Source: a virus
Virus record (IMG/VR): IMGVR_UViG_3300035564_000075
Location: 20,631 to 84,630 of that record
DNA length: 64,000 nt
Direction: 5' to 3' (one strand)
The translations under genes were made by a program, and so were the position numbers. Under the pieces are notes generated by a model. That model did no database searches and was not told the origin of the DNA. It worked only from the letters and a program-made list of their open reading frames with translations. Shown in pieces: positions 28,328 through 37,960 of this stretch (position 1 is the first letter of the stretch; each line of letters opens with the position of its first letter).

Positions 28328-29227
28328 CTATTGACGCAATTCAGGTTGAGTATTTCTAATTGCTTCGTCTTCTTTAGAGGTTCCAATTAAGCTCAGATCC
28401 AGGATAGGCATGTCTTTGATAAGGGAATGCGCACCATTGAATGCAAGGGTGATTGTCTGTCCACCTACCCATACACGACCAGGAAGAATGTGAATGTCGA
28501 TAGAGCCTTCCACTTCTTCCTTACGAACATGGTCTACTGTAGGTACAATTTCCAATGCACCATCGCAATCTTTATATACAGTTCTACTGCCATGCGCCTT
28601 ACCCTGCTCGTTCATCTGGTAAACCACGATGAATGTGCGCTTCTTACCGGCATTGGCAGCAGCGTTTCTGCCAGCAATAAACTTTCTGGAGATAGACTCC
28701 AGCCTTGTAGATTCATTGATTTGCCTAGAGTTATCAGTCATCAGTTGCAAGTAATCGATGATGGTAAATCTGGCATCGTCTTCATTGGCCTTGGCAATTA
28801 TCTGGTCAGCAGTGTTTACCGCATCTTCAATCCAAAGGTCAGTACTGCGTAGCATCTTCTGGCTTTGTTCCAAGTCCTTGAATTGTGGTTCATATAGTGA
28901 CAAGTCTCTAATCATTGTGCGGTCTGCCAGCTTAGTACCATGCACCAATGCTCTGGTGCCCATGCTAGCCTTGATTTCTTCCAGTTGGAAGTAATCAGTT
29001 CTGCCATGGGTACCCAGTACCATAGCCAAGTGCATAGCAAAGGTGGTCTTAGCAGACTTGTGGGGTCCACCTATTACATAATAGGCATTGTCCAGTATGC
29101 CACCAATGCGACGATCGAGGTCCCGAAGGTTGGTCTTGATAGGACGATATTCTTCAGGGTGCTCCATCTGCCTCTTCCAGAGTTCTATATTCTGTGCAGC
29201 GATTTCGTCTATTCGTTGGATAGTCAT
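28328..29227 (-). CDS. DnaB-like helicase, ATPase domain only
   Basis: LDRRIGG, Walker A-like GGPHKSAKTT, FQLEE, Walker B IIDYLQLM; no N-terminal domain. Confidence 0.8.
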   Translation of the reverse strand: MTIQRIDEIAAQNIELWKRQMEHPEEYRPIKTNLRDLDRRIGGILDNAYYVIGGPHKSAKTTFAMHLAMVLGTHGRTDYFQLEEIKASMGTRALVHGTKLADRTMIRDLSLYEPQFKDLEQSQKMLRSTDLWIEDAVNTADQIIAKANEDDARFTIIDYLQLMTDNSRQINESTRLESISRKFIAGRNAAANAGKKRTFIVVYQMNEQGKAHGSRTVYKDCDGALEIVPTVDHVRKEEVEGSIDIHILPGRVWVGGQTITLAFNGAHSLIKDMPILDLSLIGTSKEDEAIRNTQPELRQ

Positions 29228-30018
29228 ACGTTTAGAGTCCTTTGTGCATCAGGTAGGCGATAGTCAGCACCGTCAACCATAAAGCGTCGGCAGATTGTAC
29301 GATCACCAATTCGGCTTGCAATTCTTCTTATTGCAATGTCGGGGCTATTGAATACCCCAACATCATTACTGGTAATCACAGTAGGGAATTCGGCGCTATT
29401 GAGATAGCGATTGTCTATTACAGCAGCCAATGCATCTGTACTCATACTGGATTGATGTTCCAACCCCCAGTCATCCAGTAGTAAGATAGGCACCTTGGAC
29501 ACGAATTCCACATACTCTTCATAGCTACCGTCTTTCAAGCCACCAAACACTCTGGATTGAAAGTCAGCAACAGATACATAGAAGGCCATCTTAGGCATAG
29601 CAGTTTTGATAGAGCGCAAGATATGTGTCTTGCCAGTACCATTACCACCGAACATAGAGATCCATGTATTAGGTTGCTTCATCCATCTTTCAATGAAGTC
29701 CAACATCTTGGCAAACTCCAACCATTGTGCATCATAGATCTTCTGCCTAGATGGAGTCTTAGATGTGAGTGGTCCGAGATCCTTTAGATAGGCAGGCTTC
29801 AGTGGATATTCATACTGCTTGAAAGATTCTTCTTGCCTATCCATCCATTGTAGAGTAGAGCACAGGCAGTACATTCCATTCTCCAGAATCTTCCAACCCT
29901 GGCAAATAGGACATACATCTTCGGTAGAAGTGTAATCCAGTTCTATGCCTTTGTATTTCTCTGGAGATGCCAATCTTTGTAGCACCCAGTAGTTATAGGA
30001 TAGCATGCGAGATGGCAT
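29224..30018 (-). CDS. DnaC/IstB-like AAA+ helicase loader
   Basis: CPIC..C.C, GGNGTGKTH, LLLDDWG, TVITSN, RIASRI and GADYR motifs. Confidence 0.9.
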   Translation of the reverse strand: MPSRMLSYNYWVLQRLASPEKYKGIELDYTSTEDVCPICQGWKILENGMYCLCSTLQWMDRQEESFKQYEYPLKPAYLKDLGPLTSKTPSRQKIYDAQWLEFAKMLDFIERWMKQPNTWISMFGGNGTGKTHILRSIKTAMPKMAFYVSVADFQSRVFGGLKDGSYEEYVEFVSKVPILLLDDWGLEHQSSMSTDALAAVIDNRYLNSAEFPTVITSNDVGVFNSPDIAIRRIASRIGDRTICRRFMVDGADYRLPDAQRTLNV

Positions 30019-30437
30019 TACTCCTCCGATTCGAATATCTTTTTGAAGTCCATATCAGGTATAGAATTTCTGCGTTCTTCCAGCCATTGCTTGCGCATCC
30101 TGGCAGTAGTATCAATCCTTTTATCGTTGTCCTCAATGAAATGCATCAGGCTTGCAAACCTTACATCTATCTGTCTTGCATTCTTCTTGATGGCCCAATC
30201 AATGCAGAACTGAATCCATCGCTTGAATAAATAGGACTCTTCAGTTGCGCCTATTGCTTTCTGTTCCAGCCTATCCCATTCTTCAAACTCTGAACCAACT
30301 TTGCGCTGTCCTGCAAAGAACTTCTTACCGCAGGCCATAAGACCTTGTTTCGCCAAGTCGGATTTCGGGATAGACCAAGATGGGCGCTTACCCCCAATAA
30401 CAAACTCTTCATCTGGATCGTAAGAGCCAATTCCCAT
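30018..30437 (-). CDS. Hypothetical protein (possible replication initiator partner)
   Basis: Translationally coupled to the DnaC-like gene; AAGGAG RBS. Confidence 0.5.
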   Translation of the reverse strand: MGIGSYDPDEEFVIGGKRPSWSIPKSDLAKQGLMACGKKFFAGQRKVGSEFEEWDRLEQKAIGATEESYLFKRWIQFCIDWAIKKNARQIDVRFASLMHFIEDNDKRIDTTARMRKQWLEERRNSIPDMDFKKIFESEE

Positions 30438-30913
30438 AGGGTTCTCCTTTCTCTAAACTCTTCAAGAGTATAACGCAACTTCAACCCCCTGTCAATGTTT
30501 CTAAGCATAGACTTTATCGCTCTATCAGATGGACGTAGGTCACGCAGTATACCACCTTCATATGGTTCGGGATCTTCCTGCGTGAGCATGACATCGTAGC
30601 TCATCTGGTCTTTAGGAATGTGCCAACGATAGTGTCTCTTTCCTACTAGGAAAGTCATAGAGATTAGGTAGTTGGTGGAGTAGATTCCACTCCAGCCACA
30701 TCTATCACAACCTTCGCCATCGCAACTCCAGCACTCATTCGTCTGCACGTGCTCTACCACATACTTGGAGTAGCCATGCTGGTAGAGATAGCGCATTAGT
30801 TGCTCTTTCAGATCATAGACTTCTTCTTTATCAGGCAGGAAACCAGTACGAACTATGTTGTTCAGCACGAACATGTCTTGTGCCATTGAAGCAAGGGTGA
30901 GTGGTATTCTCAT
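30251..30913 (-). CDS. Protein with DnaJ-type zinc finger
   Basis: CWSCDGEGCDRCGWSG; 3' end overlaps the next ORF by about 190 nt. Confidence 0.55.
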   Translation of the reverse strand: MRIPLTLASMAQDMFVLNNIVRTGFLPDKEEVYDLKEQLMRYLYQHGYSKYVVEHVQTNECWSCDGEGCDRCGWSGIYSTNYLISMTFLVGKRHYRWHIPKDQMSYDVMLTQEDPEPYEGGILRDLRPSDRAIKSMLRNIDRGLKLRYTLEEFRERRTLWELALTIQMKSLLLGVSAHLGLSRNPTWRNKVLWPAVRSSLQDSAKLVQSLKNGIGWNRKQ

Positions 30914-31061
30914 AGTCCTGGCTGGAAAGAGATTGAAAATTCTCTATTCCCTTTGCCGTACTCATCACAGTTCCAGGTTACAAGCCACCAACCCAACCAG
31001 ATAGAACAGATATGGGAACACAGATCAACTTGCCAGATCAATGGATACTTCCAGAATTTCT

Positions 31062-31340
31062 TCATGGTTCCAATCCTAATAGCTTCTGTTGTTTCTGTAC
31101 AAACTCTGCCAGTCTTACCATGAATATCTTTGCCTTTGCTTCTTCCCCTTCAGGAAATGGGAACTCAAGAGATACATACGGCCATGTTCTTGAGCCACCA
31201 AACGCTTCAGGACCACTGCCATTATACTTATTCGATATTACTATCTGTATGGCATTTCCAAATACAGCTTTGCCACATATCCCACGACGAATCAGTTCCT
31301 CTTCGCCTCTGAGATGGTCTAATGTCCACTTCTTATCCAT
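31062..31340 (-). CDS. Hypothetical protein
   Basis: 92-aa ORF in operon. Confidence 0.5.
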   Translation of the reverse strand: MDKKWTLDHLRGEEELIRRGICGKAVFGNAIQIVISNKYNGSGPEAFGGSRTWPYVSLEFPFPEGEEAKAKIFMVRLAEFVQKQQKLLGLEP

Positions 31341-31341
31341 A

Positions 31342-31668
31342 TCAGCAATCCATTGGATCGAAGTCTACGCATTTATCACAACCACCATCACATGGATCGG
31401 GAGGTCTACATTCTTCTGGCTTGATATAACCATTGTCCCTTGCCCATTTATCCAGCGCTTCACGTGGTGCAAGTTCTTCTACGGGAGGATTGCATACTGG
31501 GCAACATTCTACATGACATGGATTGTCACAGTCGCATGCAACGTTATCTATAAAAGGTAATCCCTTCTTCTCTCTAGCATGGTTCGGACAAGTTTTATCG
31601 TGGAAGAAGTGTATTTCATCTGAATCAGTTTCAATGCGCTTGTGGCAAATAACACATTTGGTATACAC
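31342..31668 (-). CDS. Cysteine-rich small protein
   Basis: 14 Cys in 108 aa, including CDCDNPCHVECCPVC and CDGGCDKC. Confidence 0.6.
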   Translation of the reverse strand: MYTKCVICHKRIETDSDEIHFFHDKTCPNHAREKKGLPFIDNVACDCDNPCHVECCPVCNPPVEELAPREALDKWARDNGYIKPEECRPPDPCDGGCDKCVDFDPMDC

Positions 31669-31905
31669 CTTAGACTCCTAACCCAGTATCGATGTAGTAT
31701 AGTATGCCAGTCCATCCATGCTCCCCCTCATCGACTGACATATCATAAGCCTTGATGCCAAAAGTAGACAGGCGTGAAGCTTCATGTCGTAGGCGCGTCA
31801 TGGCTTCATACTGATCTTTGCCAGAGACTTCTTTAGATTTCTCGTTCACATTCTTTGGAACTCTTGTTGTGTCCATATTAGCTCCTTGGGGTATTTAGTA
31901 TACAC

Positions 31906-32472
31906 CTATTCCTTTTCACTGTCAATCCATATCTGTTGTCGTAACCATTCTGTTGCACCGCTGAATCCTACCACTCTGGTTCCGGTTGTGGGATTAGTCC
32001 ATGTTGCTCTATTCCATGGCTGGTCAAAGATAAGGCCAAAGCCTGGAAAGCTGGATATATTGTGCAGGCCATCATCTATCAGTATGTCAGCACGAATCAG
32101 GCTCTTGTCACTTGCCTCTACATAATCGTACTTCGGCTTTTCTATACCAGCAAAGAAGTCATTCCGCATAAGCCATTCATACTTGGCACCAGCTTCTTTA
32201 TAGACACTGGTAACAAACACAACACGGTATCCAGAGGCACGCGCAAAGTCAACGAACTTCTTTGCGCCAATCTCTGGCAATACATGATCGTATAGACTGG
32301 GAATCAGGTACTCAAATATACATGTACCACATTCAGGTTTCATAAACTTCTCGATGTTCCAGGAAGTAATGTCCTCTGTTTTCAGATGATCACCATAGTC
32401 CAGATTGTATAATGCAAGCCATCTATCTATTGTCTTTGCCACTGTACCGTCAACATCCATCGCTATAATCAT
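31906..32472 (-). CDS. 5'(3')-deoxyribonucleotidase (HAD superfamily)
   Basis: IAMDVDGTV, FVTS, K.EWL, ILIDDGLHN and DQPWNR motifs; start moved to MIIAMD. Confidence 0.9.
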   Translation of the reverse strand: MIIAMDVDGTVAKTIDRWLALYNLDYGDHLKTEDITSWNIEKFMKPECGTCIFEYLIPSLYDHVLPEIGAKKFVDFARASGYRVVFVTSVYKEAGAKYEWLMRNDFFAGIEKPKYDYVEASDKSLIRADILIDDGLHNISSFPGFGLIFDQPWNRATWTNPTTGTRVVGFSGATEWLRQQIWIDSEKE

Positions 32473-32482
32473 TATGTATCTC

Positions 32483-33526
32483 CTATTGGTATTCGCTCCA
32501 GAGAATCTTGCCACTCCATCTGGGTAGCTTGAACATTTCTACAATCCATTTCCTGTCTTTGTGCTCTTTGATAATGTAATCATCTATCTTCTCGGGCAGC
32601 TTGATGATGCGCAAATCCCTTTGTGCAAATACAGATACGACGCGGTTGATAGCATACTTCTTGCCATCCTCGAATGCGTCTGGATCTGGGATATACAGGA
32701 TGTGCTTTGCGGTAATGCCACCAAGAAGGTCTAGGCTTGGAGTCATTGGCAGGCCATACACCTGAATGTTCACGTTAGAGGCGGTAATGAAAGTCACCAT
32801 GGCTTTCTTATCACCTTCTGCCAGGATAGCCCAATCGCCTTTGTTCAAGAGTTTACGGTTGGCAATGAACACACCTTCGCCAGTACCACGATACTCTTGA
32901 CGATAGCGAATGCCATCCTCTCCAGGTTGCATAAGACGGTGCTTGATATTGATTACCTTGCCATCTAGGTCACAGATAGGAAAAGTCAGAGTGTTACTCT
33001 TGAAGCTAACATACTGCTCATTGCCATTCTGTCTCCAGAATACATGTCCTAGGCTTGCGCCTAGACGCCAATATGTAAACCATTCTTCCGCCTTTTCTAC
33101 TGGCATTCCCAGAGATTCAGCCCAGACTTTCTTGGCACCACTATGCCACATGAGATACTTGTGATAGTCCTCCCACTTCTTTTCAGTGCGTACCACGTTC
33201 CTTGCGCGCTGAACAGCCTTGGCATGCTCTGCAATGGCTCTAAGCCTTTCAGCTTCCAGCTTTGCAACAAGAGCAGGATCTGGCTTGGACTCCTTTGCAG
33301 GAGTCCATTTCCAGCCGCAATGTCTGCACCAAGCTAATGGTTTGCCTGTCTTGCGTGACTTCGGCCATAGCCGTAGTCGATCAGGCCACTCACCATTCTG
33401 ATGAACCACACCACCACATTGAGGACAAGAGCCTGCCCACTCGAAGCCATGTACAACTTCATGTGCCCAGTGAACTTGGTCAGCAATTCCTTCAAATTCG
33501 ATAGGTAGCAATGCACGTTGTCGCAT
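32483..33526 (-). CDS. DNA primase (Zn finger + TOPRIM)
   Basis: CPQCGG..DR..WCRHCG zinc finger; INIKHR; ILAEGDKKAM; IPDPDA; KIDDY. Confidence 0.8.
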   Translation of the reverse strand: MRQRALLPIEFEGIADQVHWAHEVVHGFEWAGSCPQCGGVVHQNGEWPDRLRLWPKSRKTGKPLAWCRHCGWKWTPAKESKPDPALVAKLEAERLRAIAEHAKAVQRARNVVRTEKKWEDYHKYLMWHSGAKKVWAESLGMPVEKAEEWFTYWRLGASLGHVFWRQNGNEQYVSFKSNTLTFPICDLDGKVINIKHRLMQPGEDGIRYRQEYRGTGEGVFIANRKLLNKGDWAILAEGDKKAMVTFITASNVNIQVYGLPMTPSLDLLGGITAKHILYIPDPDAFEDGKKYAINRVVSVFAQRDLRIIKLPEKIDDYIIKEHKDRKWIVEMFKLPRWSGKILWSEYQ

Positions 33527-33641
33527 TTTTCCTTCTTTCCTAATAGGAGTTTTCGATACTCTTCATCTTCTTGCATCCAGTGAGCCCAACGCCATTGAGT
33601 CTGTTCGGGAGACTCTTCATAACCATCATAGATGGGTTCCA

Positions 33642-33932
33642 TTACTCTTCCTTATACCCTTCTAGGTCTGTCAACCTAAGAACCTCATGTAACAATCTAG
33701 TAAACTCTTCAGACTTATAACGTGATTCCTTTGCACCACCGTCGATTGCATTCAAGTGCTTGCCAGTAGTAGGACCCCAGATATTCTCTCTGACATGCAA
33801 CTTGCCAGCATATCTAAATGCCACAATGGTCTTGTAGGAATAGTACAGGGTTATCCCCTTATCTCCCCAGTCTTCCTGTCGTGCATTGGCATTATCTGAA
33901 CGGTAGTAGTAACATACAGTCGGGAGATTCAT
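33642..33932 (-). CDS. Phage hypothetical protein
   Basis: YSYKTIVAF..WGPTTGKHLNAID motif, recalled from other phage ORFs. Confidence 0.55.
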   Translation of the reverse strand: MNLPTVCYYYRSDNANARQEDWGDKGITLYYSYKTIVAFRYAGKLHVRENIWGPTTGKHLNAIDGGAKESRYKSEEFTRLLHEVLRLTDLEGYKEE

Positions 33933-34082
33933 TTTTGTTCCTCTACGAATATAGTACCATCGTTGAGCCAAACGTAATGTTCATGGTTTGCATCGCATCT
34001 CCAGTAGCCACAGAACCACTTCTCGGGTCCCATGGGCAAAAGCCCATGATCACAGTCTGGACATAGTTTACCATCAAGATAC

Positions 34083-34550
34083 CTACCTGTCAATGGACGC
34101 TGGAAGGTTAGTTCTTTCTTTTGCTTCATCAATGTCCTCCTGCGTAATAAGGATTTCGTCTGCCAGAAAACACGATTGTCCTTTACCATCTGGATGTTTT
34201 GGACGAACATGACCACGCACTTTACAATGGACAACATATCTATTCTCGGTAATCCTGAACATGCGACTGAAGAATGCTTCCGCATCTTCTCTGGTATATA
34301 GAAAGTGCCATCCTGATTGATACTCTTGTCCATGACTGCCATCAGTAACCATCTTTATGTCAGCCTTGTTCCATGTTCCTAATAGGAAACTGCGACTACC
34401 ATCAGTACCATGAAACAAGGATCTCACGTAGCCATACTTGATTTCTACAATCCTATAGCCATCACGTTCTGCATTCCATGGCATCATGGGCACAGTGAAA
34501 TGAGTCTTGTGAATCTTATTCTCATCCCAGGGTTGCGGTTTATCATCCAC
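34083..34550 (-). CDS. Hypothetical protein, distant member of the 41-43 kb paralog family
   Basis: GYRIV..SLF..GWHFL..AEAF..VVHCKV..LADEILI layout. Confidence 0.55.
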   Translation of the reverse strand: MDDKPQPWDENKIHKTHFTVPMMPWNAERDGYRIVEIKYGYVRSLFHGTDGSRSFLLGTWNKADIKMVTDGSHGQEYQSGWHFLYTREDAEAFFSRMFRITENRYVVHCKVRGHVRPKHPDGKGQSCFLADEILITQEDIDEAKERTNLPASIDR

Positions 34551-35050
34551 GTGTCACCTTATATCCAGCAGATTCAAGATACTTTTTCATCTCTTCAATT
34601 GCCACTACCCGATCATTGATTACTATGCCAGCACGCTCTATGACAGTTCCCCTTTTGCCAAGGGCGTCAAAGAACACACTGTTCGATCCCCAAATCCTTA
34701 TACCAGTGATTTCCCAGTCACCATTTCTTCCAGTTGCCAATCCAATAGTTTTTCTAGGTAAGGTTGTCATTGCAAACCCCAATCTATTATGTCATTCTCC
34801 ATAACAGAATCCAGTGCAGGACTAAGCCACCAGTTGCACAGATCTTCCAGATGTTGAGAATGTGCACTGAAGGTTATATCATAACCACCAGTTTTACAAT
34901 GTACAATCTTCAGCTTGGAACGCGGATCATACATATCATAACCATCAAGTTGATCATCGCCAGCACCACACGATAGAATTACTCCATCCCTAAGTTCACC
35001 CATTAGGTCTTCAGTCAATGCTGGTGCATGGAATTTCAAGAATACTCTCT

Positions 35051-35539
35051 TCATTCTTGTTCTCCTTTCTTAGCTTTCTGCTGGTTGATAGGCAGTATAT
35101 CAGGATCTGGCTTGCCAAGGAATTCAGCACCTATGGGTCTTGCCATCAGCACCTGCAAGAATGACTGTGCAAACAGTTCGTCCCAGTGAGTGTATACTAT
35201 GCCCTGCAATTCATTGACATCTGCAATCTTCTGGTTCTTATCCAGATTGAATACTGCACTACGCATGAACATGAACAAGCTGGCAAACTCATAGACACTA
35301 CCACCCTGTAGAGTATTGGGTTTCAGGTCGTTAGCACCACTGACTTTATCTTCACCAGCAGCAACTAGACTCTTCCATACCTGCGGAATGAGAATGCCAA
35401 AGGCATCCTCGATTGACGCATCAGACTTGCTCAATATGTGGGAGGCTACTATCCTCAATCCCTCCGCCATCGATGGGACTAGGTAGTATCCTTTCGCCAA
35501 CAGATATAGATGTCTCAGTGGATTTAGTGTTTCGGACAC
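35051..35539 (-). CDS. Hypothetical protein
   Basis: 162-aa ORF with GGAG RBS. Confidence 0.55.
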   Translation of the reverse strand: MSETLNPLRHLYLLAKGYYLVPSMAEGLRIVASHILSKSDASIEDAFGILIPQVWKSLVAAGEDKVSGANDLKPNTLQGGSVYEFASLFMFMRSAVFNLDKNQKIADVNELQGIVYTHWDELFAQSFLQVLMARPIGAEFLGKPDPDILPINQQKAKKGEQE

Positions 35540-35710
35540 GGTATATCTCCCTTATAACTTCCATTCTGCGTAACACCCAAGGCTTACAGGTGGCACACAG
35601 TTTATCTGCATGCTCTTTCTTTTGAGGGAAAGGAATCTGCAGAAGGTGAGTGCGAATCTTTGCACCTAACTGTTCATTCTCTACAATCAGTTCACTAAGT
35701 TTGCTCATAG

Positions 35711-36076
35711 CTAATCTTCATCCCAATCTTCGTCATCGTCATCTTCATCAATATCACAGCCACAACGCCAATCATCATCGTCCTCTTCCGGATCATCATC
35801 ATCACCAAAGAGAGCTTTCTCTTCATCTTCATCCTGGTCGTCTTCGTCATCCAGGCGTTCCCACTGTAACAATCCCACTGCAACTGCATCAGTCATTACA
35901 GATGGGTCCTTGTGAAGATTCCAGAATGTCTCTACTGCCTCTTCCCAGATTTCTCCCTCGGTATATTCATCCTCACTAGTATCAGGAAGATGGATATGGA
36001 CAGTTTCCTCATCCCAAATCTTATGATCGCCAGCGTGACACACAGCCAAATCGACCTTGTAAAATCGCTCAGTCAT
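35711..36076 (-). CDS. Highly acidic small protein
   Basis: C-terminal third is almost all Asp/Glu with an embedded WRCGC. Confidence 0.65.
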   Translation of the reverse strand: MTERFYKVDLAVCHAGDHKIWDEETVHIHLPDTSEDEYTEGEIWEEAVETFWNLHKDPSVMTDAVAVGLLQWERLDDEDDQDEDEEKALFGDDDDPEEDDDDWRCGCDIDEDDDDEDWDED

Positions 36077-36219
36077 GTTTTTCCTCCGGAGGATATTTCT
36101 CTATGCGTTCCCAATACTTGTCTTCGGGGACATCTAATTCAAAGTTCTCGTCTATACTTTTCAGTTCATAGATTGTTTTGCACTCATCACATTGCCATAC
36201 AGAACCTTCCCCAACAAGG

Positions 36220-36789
36220 TCAATTGAAGGGGGCTGACATTTGTGTGGCAGTGGTACTCGTTTCAGGAACATCTTGTGCCTCTTTCTCAATAAGGGATAG
36301 AAGTGAATGGGCTTCTGGCAGTTTCCATCCACCAGTAATACGAATCAGTTCCCATGGATGATAGTCGTCTGTCAAGCGCTGGATTCCCACTGATTTCTTA
36401 CCAGCCAGTCCAGCAAGTACCTCTAAGGATTTCCAAGTGGCCCAATCAATCAACCATACCTGTCTCTTCATAGTACCCACGGTACCCACGGCAAGATAGC
36501 CTTTCCCCTTGGCTTCCTGCCATGCATTGAGCCATTTCCTCTGCACATCCTTTATCTCTGCGAAGGCAAGAGACTTCTCACGATTGAGATTCACTGCCTT
36601 AGCTTCAATAACAGAACCAGCATGCAGAGGATTCAGATTGATTAGATCCGGCCTGCCTTGTTCGAAGTTCACCACAGGCTTATGACAGTACTGACAAATC
36701 ATGGCATCCCGAGCGTGGATGGGCCATAGCCCATAACGCTTGAGCATTTGGTAGACTTCTCTACGAATATCACTTTCTTCCATTTTCAA
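36220..36789 (-). CDS. RecU-like Holliday junction resolvase (PD-(D/E)xK)
   Basis: GRPDLI..VIEAK..LAFAEIKDVQRKWL..GKGYLAV. Confidence 0.7.
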   Translation of the reverse strand: MKMEESDIRREVYQMLKRYGLWPIHARDAMICQYCHKPVVNFEQGRPDLINLNPLHAGSVIEAKAVNLNREKSLAFAEIKDVQRKWLNAWQEAKGKGYLAVGTVGTMKRQVWLIDWATWKSLEVLAGLAGKKSVGIQRLTDDYHPWELIRITGGWKLPEAHSLLSLIEKEAQDVPETSTTATQMSAPFN

Positions 36790-37111
36790 ACTCCTTCCAA
36801 TATCTTTCTACAGTTTGTTTGTGGTCATAGTCGCTTATAAACACGGATGCCATGCCATATTTATAAGTTCTTTCCAAAAGCAACTTCATCGATGGAGTTG
36901 GATGAGGAGAACCCACAAATGGCACTATGGTTTCTTCCTTATAGTCATCCAGAACCCAACCATTATCAGCCGCTACCAATCTGGGATCAGGATCGAAATG
37001 ATTTAGAGCATATTGTGATGCCTTCCATGCAGTTTTCCAATCAGGTGCATCTACATCTACCCAATGCGTTGCACGATAAACTCGTACAGGAAACAAACGA
37101 TAGATAGGCAT
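36770..37111 (-). CDS. Hypothetical protein
   Basis: ORF in coupled operon. Confidence 0.5.
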   Translation of the reverse strand: MPIYRLFPVRVYRATHWVDVDAPDWKTAWKASQYALNHFDPDPRLVAADNGWVLDDYKEETIVPFVGSPHPTPSMKLLLERTYKYGMASVFISDYDHKQTVERYWKEFENGRK

Positions 37112-37461
37112 TACAGTATCTCCTCTATCTCATGCTTTTTGAGATACTCCATCGTCTTGACCTTCCAGTTATCCACTTCAGTCCAGTGCGGTAAAGTTCC
37201 ACCAATACCAGGATCTAGAATCAGAACCCGCACAACTTCGGGGGAAGTCTTCCAATAGGTGGAGTGTATACCAAAAGGCTTTTTCGCGTGATGAAGCTGT
37301 ACACGGTTGCCATCATTACTTACCCATATCTTGAGTGTTTCAGCAGTATAAACAGGCAAGGAAAGAGTATTCATCCATACACCGTTCTGCTCTTCGATAT
37401 AGTGCTCGATCGTCTGGATTACGTCAACACGTGGTTTCTTATCCATTGTGCTCCTCCACAA
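37111..37461 (-). CDS. Hypothetical protein
   Basis: ORF in coupled operon; start likely MDKKPR. Confidence 0.5.
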   Translation of the reverse strand: MWRSTMDKKPRVDVIQTIEHYIEEQNGVWMNTLSLPVYTAETLKIWVSNDGNRVQLHHAKKPFGIHSTYWKTSPEVVRVLILDPGIGGTLPHWTEVDNWKVKTMEYLKKHEIEEIL

Positions 37462-37663
37462 ACTCTAACCAGCTTTCATGCCAGTTCCAGTTATGAGTAA
37501 AGGCTTCAACATAGTGACTGATATACCAACCAGAGTATCCTTCCAATGGTTCTACTTCAATCTCTCTGCCTATCAGCTTTGCCATGTCTTCAGTGAAGTC
37601 GTCATCAAGACCATCAATATCTGCAGTAGTGCCAATCGGTATGTTCTTGACTATGGCTTTCAT
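37439..37663 (-). CDS. Small SH3-like module protein
   Basis: FTEDMAKLIGREIEV..WY..WNWHESWLEF matches a domain inside the 54800-56089 protein. Confidence 0.55.
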   Translation of the reverse strand: MKAIVKNIPIGTTADIDGLDDDFTEDMAKLIGREIEVEPLEGYSGWYISHYVEAFTHNWNWHESWLEFVEEHNG

Positions 37664-37959
37664 TATTGACCTTTCAGAAAGTCGTTGACATCTGCAATGG
37701 TTGCTTTATCACGCATCTGAATCAACTTGGCTTTGAGAAGAATAATAGTCTCTTCAACACCATCCTCTTGTTTCTTCGCCTCACCCATCATTCGTTCTGT
37801 TGTTGTCTTGAATGAATCCTTATCTTCAGAAGGACCAGACAATACTGCCATCATTACTGAACCAAGCAATGCATCAGAAGTAAACTTGGTCTTATAAGCA
37901 TCCAGAGCAAGCATCAAAGTATCAATATCAGAATTGGTTAGTGGACTTGTCGTTGACAT
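37663..37959 (-). CDS. Hypothetical helical protein
   Basis: 98-aa ORF with AAGGAG RBS. Confidence 0.55.
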   Translation of the reverse strand: MSTTSPLTNSDIDTLMLALDAYKTKFTSDALLGSVMMAVLSGPSEDKDSFKTTTERMMGEAKKQEDGVEETIILLKAKLIQMRDKATIADVNDFLKGQ

Positions 37960-37960
37960 C

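Noticed and set aside
35711-35860. TCA/TCG-rich tandem-like repeat
   Set aside because: Explained by Asp/Glu codons of the acidic ORF on the - strand.
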